Positions 33,336-46,422 of a stretch of 64,000 nt of DNA are shown here, one piece after another. Source of the stretch: Macrostomum hystrix (Eukaryota > Animalia > Platyhelminthes); the NCBI GenBank assembly GCA_950097015.1, contig CATNEN010000001.1, positions 3,844,001 to 3,908,000 on the forward strand, written 5' to 3'. The notes under the pieces were generated by a model. The model worked only from the letters and a program-made list of their open reading frames with translations, did not search any database and had not been told where the DNA came from. A program made the translations under genes and the position numbers. Numbering within the stretch: the first letter of the stretch is position 1; each line of letters starts with the position of its first letter.

Positions 33336-33586
33336 TGTAGTGTTTGCTTCGAACTCTTTGTGTGCGCTCCGAACCCTTGTCTGCCCGTACCCAGAGTACA
33401 GTACGCTATCTTTCTCTCCCCACCCCCAAACAGGCGGAGGCATGTTGGGAAGTCTCCCCTCCCGGGAGCAAGGTAAATATAGTGGCCGCATGGCCGCGGT
33501 GAATCACGGCAAGCGAAGCTTAGCCACTACGAGGCTTCTCACGGACACACACTGTTCAGCTTTCTTATTTGGAGTCCGACTCCACG
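33336..33586. mobile_element. Candidate 251-bp solo LTR (alternatively a microhomology deletion in the duplicate copy)
   Basis: Flanked by direct repeat CGACT, starts TGTAG and ends CCACG; absent, with a single CGACT, in the duplicate at ~43395. Confidence 0.45.
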
Positions 33587-33856
33587 CGACTGATAACGAA
33601 CGGAACCCCTATCAGTGCCGACATTAATAATATACGAGAATCTATCATCACCGCGTTGTACCGCTATCGTTATACTGTGTCAATAAAAGTGCACCGCTAC
33701 ACATCTCGACTTCGTTACTTTGGGCCAAGCCCGAATACGTCACAAAGCCATTTACCGACCCGAAGCAGAATTTCGTCTGTTTCTTTTTTTTAATCTAAAA
33801 CTTTGCTAAAAACTAATGCTTAATCGCTGAGAGCAAATTCCTCGCAAGCCAGGCGG

Positions 33857-34053
33857 GGTCTACGAGGTACTTTGCCAGCCGGAAGGTTGCCAGCCGAAGG
33901 TTGCCAGCCGCAAGGTTGCCAGCCAGAAGTTTGCCAGCCGAGAGGTTTGCCCGCCGAGAGGTTTGCCAGCCGGAAGGTTGCCAGCCAGAAGTTTGCCCGC
34001 CGAGAGGTTTGCCAGCCGGAAGTTTGCCAGCCAGAAGTTTGCCAGCTGAGAGG
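33857..34053. repeat. 14-16-bp subterminal repeat array (GGTTTGCCAGCCGGAA-like), left arm of a foldback-like element
   Basis: Same arm at 43664-43805, with an inverted arm at 44203-44373. Confidence 0.8.
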
Positions 34054-34586
34054 TTTTGCTAACTTTGCTACAAAGCTTACTAGGTGAAGGCACTGAATGC
34101 TTTTATGCTTTTTATTCGTAAACGAAGGGTATACCACCCTGGCTTTGGTGTGCGAGTGACAATTGTTGTCACGCCCAACCCACCCTAAATTACACCAGCG
34201 AATGCTGTTTACCTATTCAAGGCAGTTCTATTATTTTATGAGCCTTACGCAGCCCCTACTGGATGAGAACCTTTAGACTTTTGGATTACCGAAACACAAA
34301 AATGCTGATACGAGGTAGAAAACGAGCAAAGAAAATTACCCAATTGCTCCCTGATTCGCATTAAGGCGGTGAGAGCTCTGCCTGTGCTCATTTTTGCTGG
34401 TGGACAAGCCAGATTCATTGTTTCGCCAAGTGCGAAGGCTTCAAGGCTGGTGTCTACTGCACGTGCGGCACTAATAAAGACTACGATAGGTAGCCAGGTT
34501 GACGATAAAAAGTGCGACAGAAAGTTCACATGTGGAAGTGACATGATAAATTCAGACGTCTACCTGAGTGAGGGTGAGGGGTCTAA

Positions 34587-34890
34587 TTCCCTTCATACTG
34601 CTGTGACACCTGCCTGACAGGTGGTCTGATTCCCTTCACACAGCTGTGACACCTGCGTGACAGGTGGTCTGATTCCCTTCACACAGCTGTGACACCTGCG
34701 TGACAGGTGGCCTGATTCCCTTCATACAGCTGTGACACCTGCCTGACAGGTGGTCTGATTCCCTTCACACAGCTGTGACACCTGCGTGACAGGTGGCCTG
34801 ATTCGCTTCACACAGTTGTGACACCTGCCTGACAGGTGGTCTGATTCCCTTCACACAGCTGTGACACCTGCCTGACAGGTGGTCTGATTC
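34587..34890. repeat. 43-bp palindromic E-box-rich satellite, ~7 copies
   Basis: TTCCCTTCACACAGCTGTGACACCTGCCTGACAGGTGGTCTGA. Confidence 0.95.
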
Positions 34891-37513
34891 CACTCACACA
34901 CTAAAAATGCATTTTTTCATACTTTAAAACTTTATACTATTTAATTTTTAGACCTATTGCTACCGTGGTAAAGACACAGAAAATTGAGAGCGACTATAAA
35001 ATAACTAAAATTAAACGCTGTGGTTGCGAAATGTAAGTATCGATTGGAATTACACCGCGTTACTTTATTAGCTACATTAAAAGACAAAGTACAAAAGACA
35101 ACAAAAGACAAAAGACAAAGAGAAAGAACTTTCCATTCTAAATTGTGCGGAGCGATGATGAAGGTACCAGTCTCAGGGGCCACAGAGGAGTGCACGCTGC
35201 TCAGCGTGCCGTTCCAGCGGACAATGGCCCTCAATTCAAGTTAATTTAGTCGAATCTTACAGAACGTACTACTATAAGTAGACATCGTACAAGTTGACCT
35301 CAATTACTCCCGTTCGTCTGAAATTTTCGAATCCAAATTTTTGCATGCGACTCAACCCACTCGCTGGTAATTCTTAACCGACTGTTTAATTATGTTTCTG
35401 CTCTGTCACGATAGAAGTTTTAAGATATGGGATTGAGGTCAGCATGAGAATAAATCCCCAGAGCCGAAGTACTAGTCTTTCCTTGCCCTTTAGCGTGCGC
35501 ACATACGTCACCTTGCGATCTGCTATTTTGTCTGGTACAATTTTAATATCTCTCCATCTACCCGAGCGAATTTCCGAGAGCATGTACTCGGAAGACACAT
35601 GTACTCGACTTTTCGCCACATGGCAACTATTTGGGACTCTAGTTGCACTGGGTCAGGTGCATCTTACATAACGATGTAAAAACAAAATTGTGAGACATTT
35701 AATTAGTTTATTCCATGAACTGTTATCTGCGAATTTGTCACGAACTTGTATATTCAAATTGAGATTCCCAAATGATGTCGGGTGTCCAACTCTTTGCGAG
35801 AGATTCTATTGCCGAAAATAACGAAGACAAGACGATTCAAAAGTCTAAGCCAAACAGCTGATACTTGAAGCATTTAAGTATTAATTAGTTAATAAGAGAA
35901 GGGCTATGAGTGATTAATTCCCCTGGCAGCGCCATTTCCGTCCCCTGCCAGGTACTGTACTTAATTCAAATCGAGGCACAATTCGCACTGGTAATTTACT
36001 TGACAAAATCTCAATAAATTCAACACAAGAACAACAACGCGAACTCTACTCGATAATGCTCTGGATGATAACAAGAACTCACGAAAATAACACGACAATT
36101 AACACAAATAACTCCTGGACAAAAAAAAATAGTCCCTACAACAAAACAAGACAAACAACGAGGCCCAATAACACGAAACCTAACCCAAAGTCCCATGTCT
36201 GAAACCGAGGCGACTGAGGCGACCAGGCGACCAATTCGACGGCGTCCCACCGATGTTTGTCGGCGATATGGAGAGTACTTCCGTGCTTCCCAATCCCTGT
36301 CTAACACTCCGTCAGCAGTTGGCCAGACGTACCGAGCTCAGCGCAAGCTACTTACTGACGTGGCGTTGAGTGTGGGGTTTTCTCCGACTAGCTAGTTGGA
36401 CCGGTTTACCTGTCCCGGTATCTATTACTATACAACGACAGATAGAATGCGTAACAACACGGAAAAGAGAAGGAAGACAACAATAGAACGCCTTTACAAC
36501 GCAATAGTCAGTTATTTAGTCAAACGCCCGCCCCAGCCTCCATCAAAGCCTGGGTGCTGGCCGCGCCGTTTGTTCCACTGCCAGGTCGACCCTGCCGGCT
36601 AACGAACTGGCCGCTGATTGGCCCGGCCCGGGGTGTCGCGCTTAAGTAGGGTCTCATCAGATTGGCTAGCCGTCTTCCTATTGGCCGGGCCCACCAGACC
36701 GGGGTTGGTCCGATGCCTTGGCTGTAGAGCAGGGTGACCGGCCGATCGCGTGCGTAGGCCTGGCTAGGCGCGCATGCACTAACAACTAATTACTAACCTA
36801 TAACATACATTATATTTATAATAATTCATTAATATTGACGTGCGCGAATAAGTTACTTCAAGTAGAAATATAAGCATTTTATATCAGTAAAATAAACATG
36901 CCGAAACTACAATAAAAAATACACACAGAACTCGACTTTTCATCGCATGGCGGCTGTTTGGGACTTTAGATGAGCTTGATTACATATAAACGATGTCAGC
37001 ATAAATATTGAGACATAAATAAGTTCATACCATAACCTGATAGAAACGATTTTGTTAAACTTAATATTCGGCAGCGAAATTTTATAATATATTTGATTCA
37101 TATTGTCGTTTCCTATATTTTATCCGAATCTAGGTGTATTGTGTTTGTGTCCTTTTAAATTTAGTTCATTTTAGGGAAAAATTAACTTCTTTTTCGTGTG
37201 TACTATTTCCAAAGTTGAAAGGAATATTCTTCCTCTTACCTAATAAATCACCAAATTTATTTTAATAACAATCACAAAAGCGAAAGTAGTTTTAAGCCAT
37301 TTTTTTAAGTCTAGTGAGATTCTTCAATTCTAATGCTCAAACGTAGTGAATTTTATAGGGTGTGTAGCTTTGGATAAAAATGATAGAAACTAGAAGCTGC
37401 AAGGATAATTCGAGTAGAAAGAGAGTACGAGTAGAAAGAAAGAAAAAGTATGGGTGGCATTTTTCTCGGCATGTTAAATTTCAGTTCTCTAAATTCTTTC
37501 TTTGCTTCAGAAA

Positions 37514-38042
37514 TTAAGCGATCAGACGGGTTGCCATGGCAACAGCGGCAACACAAGCGAGTAGAGAGCCGGCCGCAATGGGAGAAAATCTAACGCCACC
37601 GTTGCACAAATCACCTGAGCAGGTGTGACAGACGCCATTGCTCAGAGTTGGACAAGACGAGCCGCAGCCCTTGACGTACTGAAAGATAAATAAATAACAG
37701 TTGAATCAATTTCCTTGTAAAGCTTTTTCAGGTCTTACGAGTATTATAAAGCGCATGCCTTCAAACTCACAGATTCGTGGCCGATGTAGTAGTAGGAGGA
37801 GTATTTGTAGCACATTGTTTCATTTGAGGAGCAATCGGTCGCCAAGATATCACTACTGATGAAGCGTTCTCTGAAACCGACGTAGCATTGCAGAGCAGCG
37901 CACGGAACTATTTTGTACAAAATTGAAGTTGAAATCATCATATTATATAGATCGATTTATACAACTATATTTAAGAGGCATGCAGCAACTCACCAGCGAC
38001 ACAGACCAGCACACAAATAGTGATGCTTACGATGCTATTCAT
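37514..38042 (-). CDS. Ly6/uPAR GPI-anchored protein, paralog 2; exons 38042-37994, 37907-37771, 37678-37514
   Basis: MNSIVSITICVLVCVAVPCAALQCYVGFRERFISSDILATDCSSNETMCYKYSSYYYIGHESYVKGCGSSCPTLSNGVCHTCSGDLCNGGVRFSPIAAGSLLACVAAVAMATRLIA*. Confidence 0.85.
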
Positions 38043-39906
38043 TTTCAAGGTTTAAAGATTTTTTGCTAAAAGGTAGCTAGGTCAATAACCGACAAAAAAT
38101 CTTGCTATGAAAATGACCCTTTTTATACCGCTGTATAATCCGCTCTTTGATCGTTTTCGTCATTGTCCTGTAGGAAACTCTAAAACGTGGCATCACGCCA
38201 CTTCTTTCGTCTCTTTTTCGCCAGCTGAGCAACAATGAGAGAACAACTCTAGAAAATCGTAATGCAGTCGACTTGAGCAATGAGTTTGAACTATGTTGTA
38301 ACTTAGGTTGGCTAACTAGACTGAGCATTTTTATATGCAAACAATTACCTTCGTTTCAGCCAAGAAATCTACATAAGAATATTTTGATCTAGTGTAGTTT
38401 TGAGTGGCCAAACATCAAATATAGAGTAACTATTTCCTTACAAAAGTTTTGCGATTGAACCCATTGTGCCGCCACCTAAATCCATATGGTGTCAACCTAA
38501 ATCCAAGGTGTCACAACCTAAGCCCATTGTGTAACTATCTAAATCAATTTATGTTGCTCTCCAAGTCTATTGTATTGCCACCTAAATCTATGATGGCGCA
38601 ACCTAAGACGTCTATGGTGATGCGGTCTAAGTCGACGGTGGCTTAATCTAAATTCTAAATGTCGCCACCATATTGGGGCCTTTTCATTTTACGATTCTGT
38701 AATGAAGTCTCAGATTAGGTTGTACTTTAGTGTATGTTAGAAACAATATCTCTCAATAATATATATGTTTAAGTGTTACGTTTCCTTATTTCAAACAAAA
38801 AATTGCGTTTATTGGCCCACAGAAGAATTTGTTGCATCCTTAATTTTTGAGTGCCATAACGATTTAGAAATAAATAATTGTTGCTGATTACGAACCAACA
38901 ATGCGATGCTCTATTCTTTAATATTTTTGAGCTAGTCAAACAGTGGTTTTATTGCTGGAGCCAGATTCAAGACTGCCATGTATTACTCATAGTTTCTGGC
39001 TACCAAATAGATTTCAACTGTAAACAATCCATGAAAGAATTGTTTCGAGTAAAAAACGAGAACGAGGAACAAGTACTCCTGTTCATTATACGACTCGAAG
39101 AAGTAAAGATCGGTACACTAGAGCTTGACAGTCTTGAAAAGCGAGTTCCCAGAGGGGTTGTGCTCAAACTGGCATAATAACTACCAATTTATGATAGTTA
39201 TTTCGAGTAAAAAAGCCTAAATGAGTTATAGAGTTATAAGGGTCGGTACAATAGAGCTTTTACAGCTTTGAATGGCCAGTTTTAAAGAAGGCTGCTAGCA
39301 AAACTGTCGTGATAAATGACAGGCAACGAACGCTGCTATAATGCTAACTGTGTTACATTCTGCGTGCAATACTCGTAGCCGCTCTCACGTTGATATTTAT
39401 ACATTTCAATTGAAACTGAATCATTCCAATGCGCACGTTTGTTCTCAGTATTCTTTGACAGAAAATTATCTGTAATGAATGAGATGCTTTTCAAATGAAT
39501 TTCCAGTCTGAATGGATAAACATCAGAGAATAATAGTATGAATACAGTAATAGCCACTGATGCAAAGACTTAGAAAAGTTATTTTATTTTCTTCGAAAAA
39601 AATTACTTGGGTCAATGGCCTATGGCAGGGCTGTATGCGTCTAACTACCTATAGCTCTTATACTCGTGGTCTTGCATTTTCTATTGAATGCTCGACTCGT
39701 TTTCTGAATAAAAAGTTTGCTTAAGTGAAGTATTAACTCAAGGACCACTAGAAGAAGAAGGACAAGACACTTCGCTTCTTGGAAAATTTATTTAAGGCAG
39801 ATTTTCACGCAAAATTGCACTAGCGAGACAGGGAATTTTCACGGTTTTGACATTAAAATGTTGGTGACATTTTATTGGAAGCAGATCAAATGCTGTTCTT
39901 TGCAAA

Positions 39907-40249
39907 TAATATTAATTAATTGATTACACCTGCCCCAATTGGGTCAGATGTGCAGCCAACAGCACAGCCGCAGCTATTGCGCGGCGCATCTGAAGGCTGC
40001 GTACAGCTGTTCAGTCCATGGACTGGGGGGACGCCACACCCACCTTCAATTATCCCAGCTAATGCTGGTACCCGTTTAACAGCTGGGTGAACTGAAGCAA
40101 TGCAGAGTTAAGTGTCTTGCTAAAGGGCACAAATTGCTCCAGTGGAGTCGGGAATCGAACCCCCGACCTTCAAGTCGGAAGTCCAACGCCCTAACCACTA
40201 GGCTACAACCTCATACTAGGCTACAACCTCATACTAGGCTACAACCTCA
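39907..40249 (-). mobile_element. tRNA-headed CORE-like SINE (family B)
   Basis: A box TAGCCTAGTGG, B box GTTCGATTC, CORE-like GTGCCCTTTAGCAAGACACTTAACTC, (TAAT)n tail, 10-bp TSD TCTTTGCAAA. Confidence 0.85.
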
Positions 40250-40827
40250 TCTTTGCAAAACATGTTGCTTCAACGAATTTTAGAAAGCTTCATTTATGAA
40301 TAATGAATATTTATTTTATTTTCGTTTATTCGTCTTGGAGCCCAAGAGCAACCAAGCAGACATCTCATAAAATTAGCCTATATTGTATGTACTGTCAGCA
40401 TTTTTGCCCTTCTATCTCCCCGTGTTATTAGTCGGTGCTTATTTTGTATTTTAGACGCGTGTTTTTTTAGTTAAAAGTCACCCACGCCAAGCCGGGCCGG
40501 ACCAGCCGGGGGAGCGGGCGCCCACCACCCCGCGAGCGCTACCCCTGGGCTACAGTCCCGGCCAATCAGCGAACGACCCGGCCTCACTACCTGTCGACCC
40601 TCGGCAAGAAGCCACCCCGGGGATCAGAACGTCGGTCGCGAGTCTACTGTGATTTGTCGCCTTGGCTCAAGCTACAGCCTGGCATCCACCTCGCCGATCG
40701 ACCTAATTTGGGGTTAAAATGACTATAAAAGAAAGCGTGTTTTTCAGTGACTTTTTATCGTTCTCCGCAATTCGCCTCACACTGTGAGAAGCATGTGCAA
40801 GCTAGTCCACTTTGTTTTGTCTCTCTC

Positions 40828-43299
40828 CGCCCCTGGAAAGGATGGCATCCTCCCAGCATTTCTGCAGAAACTACAAGACGAATGCCGGCGGGCGCTTTTG
40901 ACTCTGTTGAACAGGAGCTGGCGAGAGGGGAGAGTCCCCTCAGCGTGGCGCACGGCCATCATTTGTCCAATCGCTAAGAAAGACAAGCCGACCCACGACC
41001 CAGCCTCCTACCGCCCAGTCTCTCTGCTGAGCTGTGTAGGCAAGACCCTCGAGGCCATGGTCAACAATCGCATGAATGCCTGGGCCGAAGAGAACGGCCT
41101 GATCCCGATGAGCAGTCAGGCTTCCGAGCGGGTCGTAGCACCCTCGACGCCGTGGCCCAGCTGGCTCAACCAGCATTCGACTCTCTTCAGACACGGCCAA
41201 TGACAAGGACCTTGCTTGCCGCGTTCGACTTTCAAGCGGCGTTCGATCGCACTTGGCGCCTAGGGGTCCTGCGTGAGCTCGCTCGGGCCAGAGCACCGGC
41301 CAGCTGGATGCGGTGGCTTCGATCGTTTCTGGCTGACCGGCGCGCCTGCGTCCGCTGGGGAATTCAGTCGGCTCCGAGTCCTAAAAGAAGGCGTACCGCA
41401 AGGCAGTCCGCTCTCGCCTCTGCTCTTCAACATCGCCACTCGGACCCTGCCCGGGGCCATTCAGCAGGCGGCACCCAAGTGTAGGCCCATCCAATACGCG
41501 GACGACCTCACTGTGAAGATATCAGACGCCTCCCCGGTGACGGCTACAGTGCAGATGCAGGCCGCGATCGACGCGGTGAGCGGCTGGTGCGAGGAACACC
41601 ACTTCAAGCTGGCGTCGGCGAAGACTGAAGCCATCCTTATCAGTACCCACCCGGCTGAGCTCAACGGCAAGTTCGGCGGCACTCTGCAAGCCGGCGGACA
41701 CACCGTCTCCTGCATGCGCGAGATCAAGGTCCTGGGAGTAACGATCGACTCGCAGCTCAATTTCGCTGAACAAGCAAAGAAGTCTCTCGCGGCGCTGCAC
41801 AGGAGGCTCGCGGCTCTCCGCTGCGTTGCCGCGAGATCCTGGGGTGCGAGCTTTGAGACTCTACACCGCCTCTACTGCAGTTACGTTCGTCCGGCAGGGC
41901 TATACGGGGCTGAACTTTGGTGGCCGTTCCTGGCCCCCACCCACCGCAAACGTCTCGAATCCGCCAACTATGCCGCTGCTAGGATCATCACAGGGGTCGG
42001 CGCCGGAGCCCGGGCCCGCGCCCTAATCTGCGACGCCGGCCTCCAGCCGTTCAACACCATCTGCCGGCAGAGGGCCGCGGAGCTGCTCCTGCGCTGCCAG
42101 CAGTTCCCTGAAGGGCATCTACTCCGCGATCTGGCCAGCCCGTCCGCCACCCGCACCAGACTCAAGGCGAGGACCGCGGGCACCCGAAGCTCTTGGCGCG
42201 AGTCGGCCATCGAGATACTGAGCACTGTGGAAGGAGGCCGCGACCGGGTGGAAGGCCGTATTCCCCCCACCTGCTTTCGTCGCCCCTGGTCCCGCAGTCT
42301 CCCGACCTGCTTCGTCCGTGTCGAAACCAGCCGCGACGAGGCACCACTTGTTCGGAGGACAAGAACCCTGGAGCTGCTAGACCGCCTGAGGCAGGAAGAC
42401 CCACCAGACCTGCAGATCTGGACCGACGGCGCAGCAGAGGAAGGCATCCGTAATGGAGGAGGCGGCTACCTGATTCGGCAGCGGGCCCCAGGGAGCCGGG
42501 ACATCAGAGGCAGTGTCCCAGCGGGGCACCTAACCTGCTCAACGACCGCGGAGGCCGCTGCGGCCGCAGCTGGTCTTGAGGCGGCCCTGGCCAATCTCCA
42601 CGGACGCCCCAGCATGTCCGTCTGGCTGCTGTTCGACTCCCAAGCGCTCTTCGACCGGCTCCAGTCACAGCGTAAATGCCAGACAGACCACGCAACTGCA
42701 CAGGCGTCCATTCTGCTGGAGCAGCTTGCCACGGACCACCGGCCTACTGTAATCTGGGTACCGGGCCACGCCGGGCTGGCGCTCAATGAGGAAGCCGACA
42801 TTCTGGCTCGCGGGGGCTGCTCGCTCCCGCAAGAGAACATGCCAACACCGGTCGCGGCGCTCAGAGCTGCTCTCAAGCGGCAAGGTCAAGCGGAAGATGA
42901 CCGAGCCTACAAAGACCTAGTCCCTCTGGACCACCCACACCGACTCAGCGGCGGCAAACGGCTGCAGGTCGGCCGTGCCTGGCCTCGTGCGGCGGAGGTG
43001 GCGCTGTTCCAACTCAGGGCGAACCGCGCGCCTTTCCTACAAGCCACTCTACACCGCTGGGGCAAGGTACCCGCTGCGTCTTGCCCTCACTGCAACGCTC
43101 CCGAGGAGGACACGCGGCACTTCCTGCTTGAATGCCCCAGGTGGGTCGATCAACGCCGCAACCTCCTCCATTCTGCTGGCTCAATGTCCCTCCTGTGGGA
43201 GGACCCGAATCGGGTGCGGATCTTCGTCGAGGCGACGGGCGCGCTGGCGCACCCCTCATATGCCTAGCGAGGGATCCGTACGCCAACAACAACAACAAC
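40828..43299 (+). mobile_element. 5'-truncated LINE with RT, RNase H and CCHC finger (I-group-like), two frameshifts, (CAA)n tail
   Basis: APGKDGI, YRPVSLLS, FDFQAAFD, GVPQGSPLSP, QYADD, IWTDGA, DSQA, WVPGHAG..NEEAD, CPHC..EDTRHFLLEC. Confidence 0.93.
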
Positions 43300-43663
43300 A
43301 TTTTTATCCTCGCCACTTCGTCATCTTGCTAAAATTAGCTACCTATTTTTGTTGCATAGCCGTCTAGTGCACTCTCAGTATTGCCATTGCGTTCCGACTG
43401 ATAACGAACGGAACCCCTATCAGTGCCGACATTAATAATATACGAGAATCTATCATCACCGCGTTGTACCGCTATCGTTATACTGTGTCAATAAAAGTGC
43501 ACCGCTACACATCTCGACTTCGTTACTTTGGGCCAAGCCCGAATACGTCACAAAGCCATTTACCGACCCGAAGCAGAATTTCGTCTGTTTCTTTTTTTTA
43601 ATCTAAAACTTTGCTAAAAACTAATGCTTAATCGCTGAGAGCAAATTCCTCGCAAGCCAGGCG

Positions 43664-44373
43664 GGGTCTACGAGGTTTGCCAGCCGGAAGGTTGCCAGCC
43701 GAAGGTTGCCAGCCGCAAGGTTGCCAGCCGCAAGGTTGCCAGCCAGAAGTTTGCCAGCCGAGAAGTTTGCCAGCCAGAAGTTTGCCAGCTGAGAGGTTTG
43801 CCAGTTTGTCCCATTCCCCCCATTTTTCAAGAGTTTGACTCAAATCCCTCTCCCCTCCATTTAACCGTTTCAGCGTTGATTACTTTCAGGTAGACAATCA
43901 GGAAAGCCAGACGTGACTAGTCAGAAAAACATTCTCCGTTCTATTTCCAGATCAGCTAGTTGCTCAAAAAACTTCAACGAGCCAGCCGAGTCCCCAAGCC
44001 CTTATTTCATATTGATTTCGATTGAGAGGACGAAATTATGCTGCAGAAATATGTAACAGTAATTATCTTCAGGAACTCAGAACCCCACCCCCCATCGTGA
44101 GTTCCCAAAAACAAATAAGACAGAAAATTGTATTACACATTATTACATACTCTAGTACAAAACTATTATTACTGCTTTATTACTACGCTATTACACATGA
44201 TGACAACCTTCCGGCTGGCAAGCCTCTCGGCTGGCAAACTCTCGGCTGGCAAACTTCTGGCTGGCCAACCTCTCGGCTGGCAAACTTCTGGCTGACAAAC
44301 CTCTCGGCTGGCAACCTTCGGCTGGCAAACCTCTCGGCTGGCAACCTTCCGGCTGGCAAACCTCGTACTACCC
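43664..44373. mobile_element. Foldback-like non-autonomous DNA transposon with inverted subterminal repeat arrays
   Basis: Left GGGTCTACGAGGTTTGCCAGCCGGAAGG vs right (reverse complement) GGGTAGTACGAGGTTTGCCAGCCGGAAGG; no clear TSD. Confidence 0.65.
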
Positions 44374-44377
44374 TAAT

Positions 44378-44850
44378 TTCCTTCGAACAGCTGTGACACC
44401 TGCGTGACAGGTGGTCTGATTCCCTTCGAACAGCTGTGACACCTGCCTGACAGGTGGTCTGATTCCCTTCATACAGCTGTGACACCTGTCTGACAGGTGG
44501 TCTGATTCCCTTCATACAGCTGTGACACCTGTCTGACAGGTGGTCTGATTCCCTTCATACAGCTGACACCTGCCTGACAGGTGGTCTGATTCCCTTCACA
44601 CAGCTGTGACACCTGCCTGACAGGTGGTCTGATTCCCTTCACACAGCTGTGACACCTGCCTGACAGGTGGTCTGATTCCCTTCATACAGCTGTGACACCT
44701 GCCTGACAGGTGGTCTGATTCCCTTCACACAGCTGTGACACCTGCCTGACAGGTGGTCTGATTCCCTTCATACAGCTGTGACACCTGCCTGACAGGTGGT
44801 CTGATTCCCTTCATACAGCTGTGACACCTGCCTGACAGGTGGTCTGATTC
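44378..44850. repeat. 43-bp E-box-rich satellite, ~11 copies
   Basis: Same unit as 34587-34890. Confidence 0.95.
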
Positions 44851-45999
44851 AATTGACGCACTAAAAATGCATTTTTTCATACTTTAAAACTTTATATTAT
44901 TTAATTTTTAGACCTATCGCTACCCTGGAAAAGACACAGAAAATTGAGAGCGACTATAAAATAACTAAAATCAAACGCTGTGGTTGCGAAATGTAAGTAT
45001 CGATTGGAATTACACCGCGTTACTTTATTAGCTACATTAAAAGACAAAGTACAAAAGACAAAAGACAAAGAGAAAGAACTTTCCATTCTAAATTGTGCGG
45101 AGCGATGATGAAGATACCAGTCTCAGGGGCCACAGAGGAGTGCACGCTGCTCAGCGTGTCGTTCCAGCGGACAACGGCCCTCTAAACAACTTAATTTAGT
45201 CGAACCCTACAGAACGTATTACTATAAGTAGACACCCGTGTGACACTCTGTAAAGCCAATTCTGCGTTACAATCCGAGCCTTCAAAGCCAATGCAATGCT
45301 TTATTGTAAGGGTAGTCATCTAGGTGTTTCTACAAATTTTGGCTCATTCTTATGCTTCCCCTATCCTTAGTATACGTACACAGTCATTATTTCATTTCCA
45401 GCAAGTCACGTGACCTGGCCTGAGGTGTACTAAATATCGTGCAATGACAGCGAACATACACTCAAATAAAAGTACATCTAAAATGTAGTTTAATGACACC
45501 AAGCGCCGCGCTCCGTTAATCCGCTCAAAAGTTACAGGCTAAAAAGCATGTGCGATATGCAAGCCCCCGTACTGTCGTTAAAGTACATTTCTGTACCGGC
45601 AGCGACTTCAATAAACTAAATTTCAAGATAAAATTGCGCTGACGCGTCACCTTTGAGCTGCGTCAGTTAAAAGTTGAAAAAATGCTTACTTTTCGACATT
45701 TGAAAAACACACTTTTACATAATTATACCCGTCAAGGTAAGCATTTAGAGGAAAAACACCAATCAGTGTCTTGTAGGTCCAAAAATTCGCCAAAAGTTGG
45801 GTTCAATCAATTTTTGACTCCATATTGTGAATCCTTATTTGTTGAAATTCAAGATTTCGACGAGTCTCAAAAAAGTCACTTTTTCGTTGCCATGGCAACC
45901 AAGATGCGTTGCTATGAAAATTTTGTCGCTTTTCTTGTAGCCCTAAATGTTTTACATCCATAGAGGGGTCACACATGGTTTTATCTCAATTTGTTTTTT

Positions 46000-46258
46000 A
46001 TTCTGCATCAATTTTAGTTTCTAAAACGTTGATTTCACGTTGGGGGAGTCTCCGGGCAATCTTATCTCGGTCTCGTTTGTCGAAAAAATTGCCAACGAGG
46101 CAATTTTTTTGGGACTGAACTTCCACCTATTCTGCATCAATTTTAGTTTCTAAAACGTTGATTTCACGTTGGGGGAGTCTCCGGGCAATCTTATCTCGGT
46201 TTCGTTTGTCGGAAAAAATTGCCAACGAGGCAATTTTTTCGGGACTGCACTTCGACCA
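46000..46258. repeat. 130-bp tandem duplication
   Basis: TTCTGCATCAATTTTAGTTTC... starts at both 46001 and 46131. Confidence 0.9.
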
Positions 46259-46422
46259 ATTAAAGCAAACAAATATTTGCTCTTACAGTAGCTAATCGAA
46301 AGCACTTACTATTTATACTGGAACCCAAAAATGCCTAATAAGTTCTAATAATCAGACTTCTATTAATCAAAACCGGCAAGTCTTTAAACCAAACGCTTCG
46401 CGCCCAAAAGTCGAGCCCACAA

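Larger units (their letters stand above)
43307..45233 (+). repeat. Local segmental duplicate of ~33244-35284 with a different central portion
   Basis: Near-identical blocks 33244-33940/43307-43760 and 34590-35284/44380-45233. Confidence 0.85.

Noticed and set aside
34587-34890. CRISPR-like palindromic repeats
   Set aside because: No unique spacers, no cas genes, eukaryotic context
36000-36784. GC-rich LTR-like segment ending ACTAACA
   Set aside because: No matching terminus, TSD or second copy found; left unannotated
40130-40213. tRNA gene
   Set aside because: The tRNA-like head continues into a CORE-like body, tail and TSD, so it is a SINE
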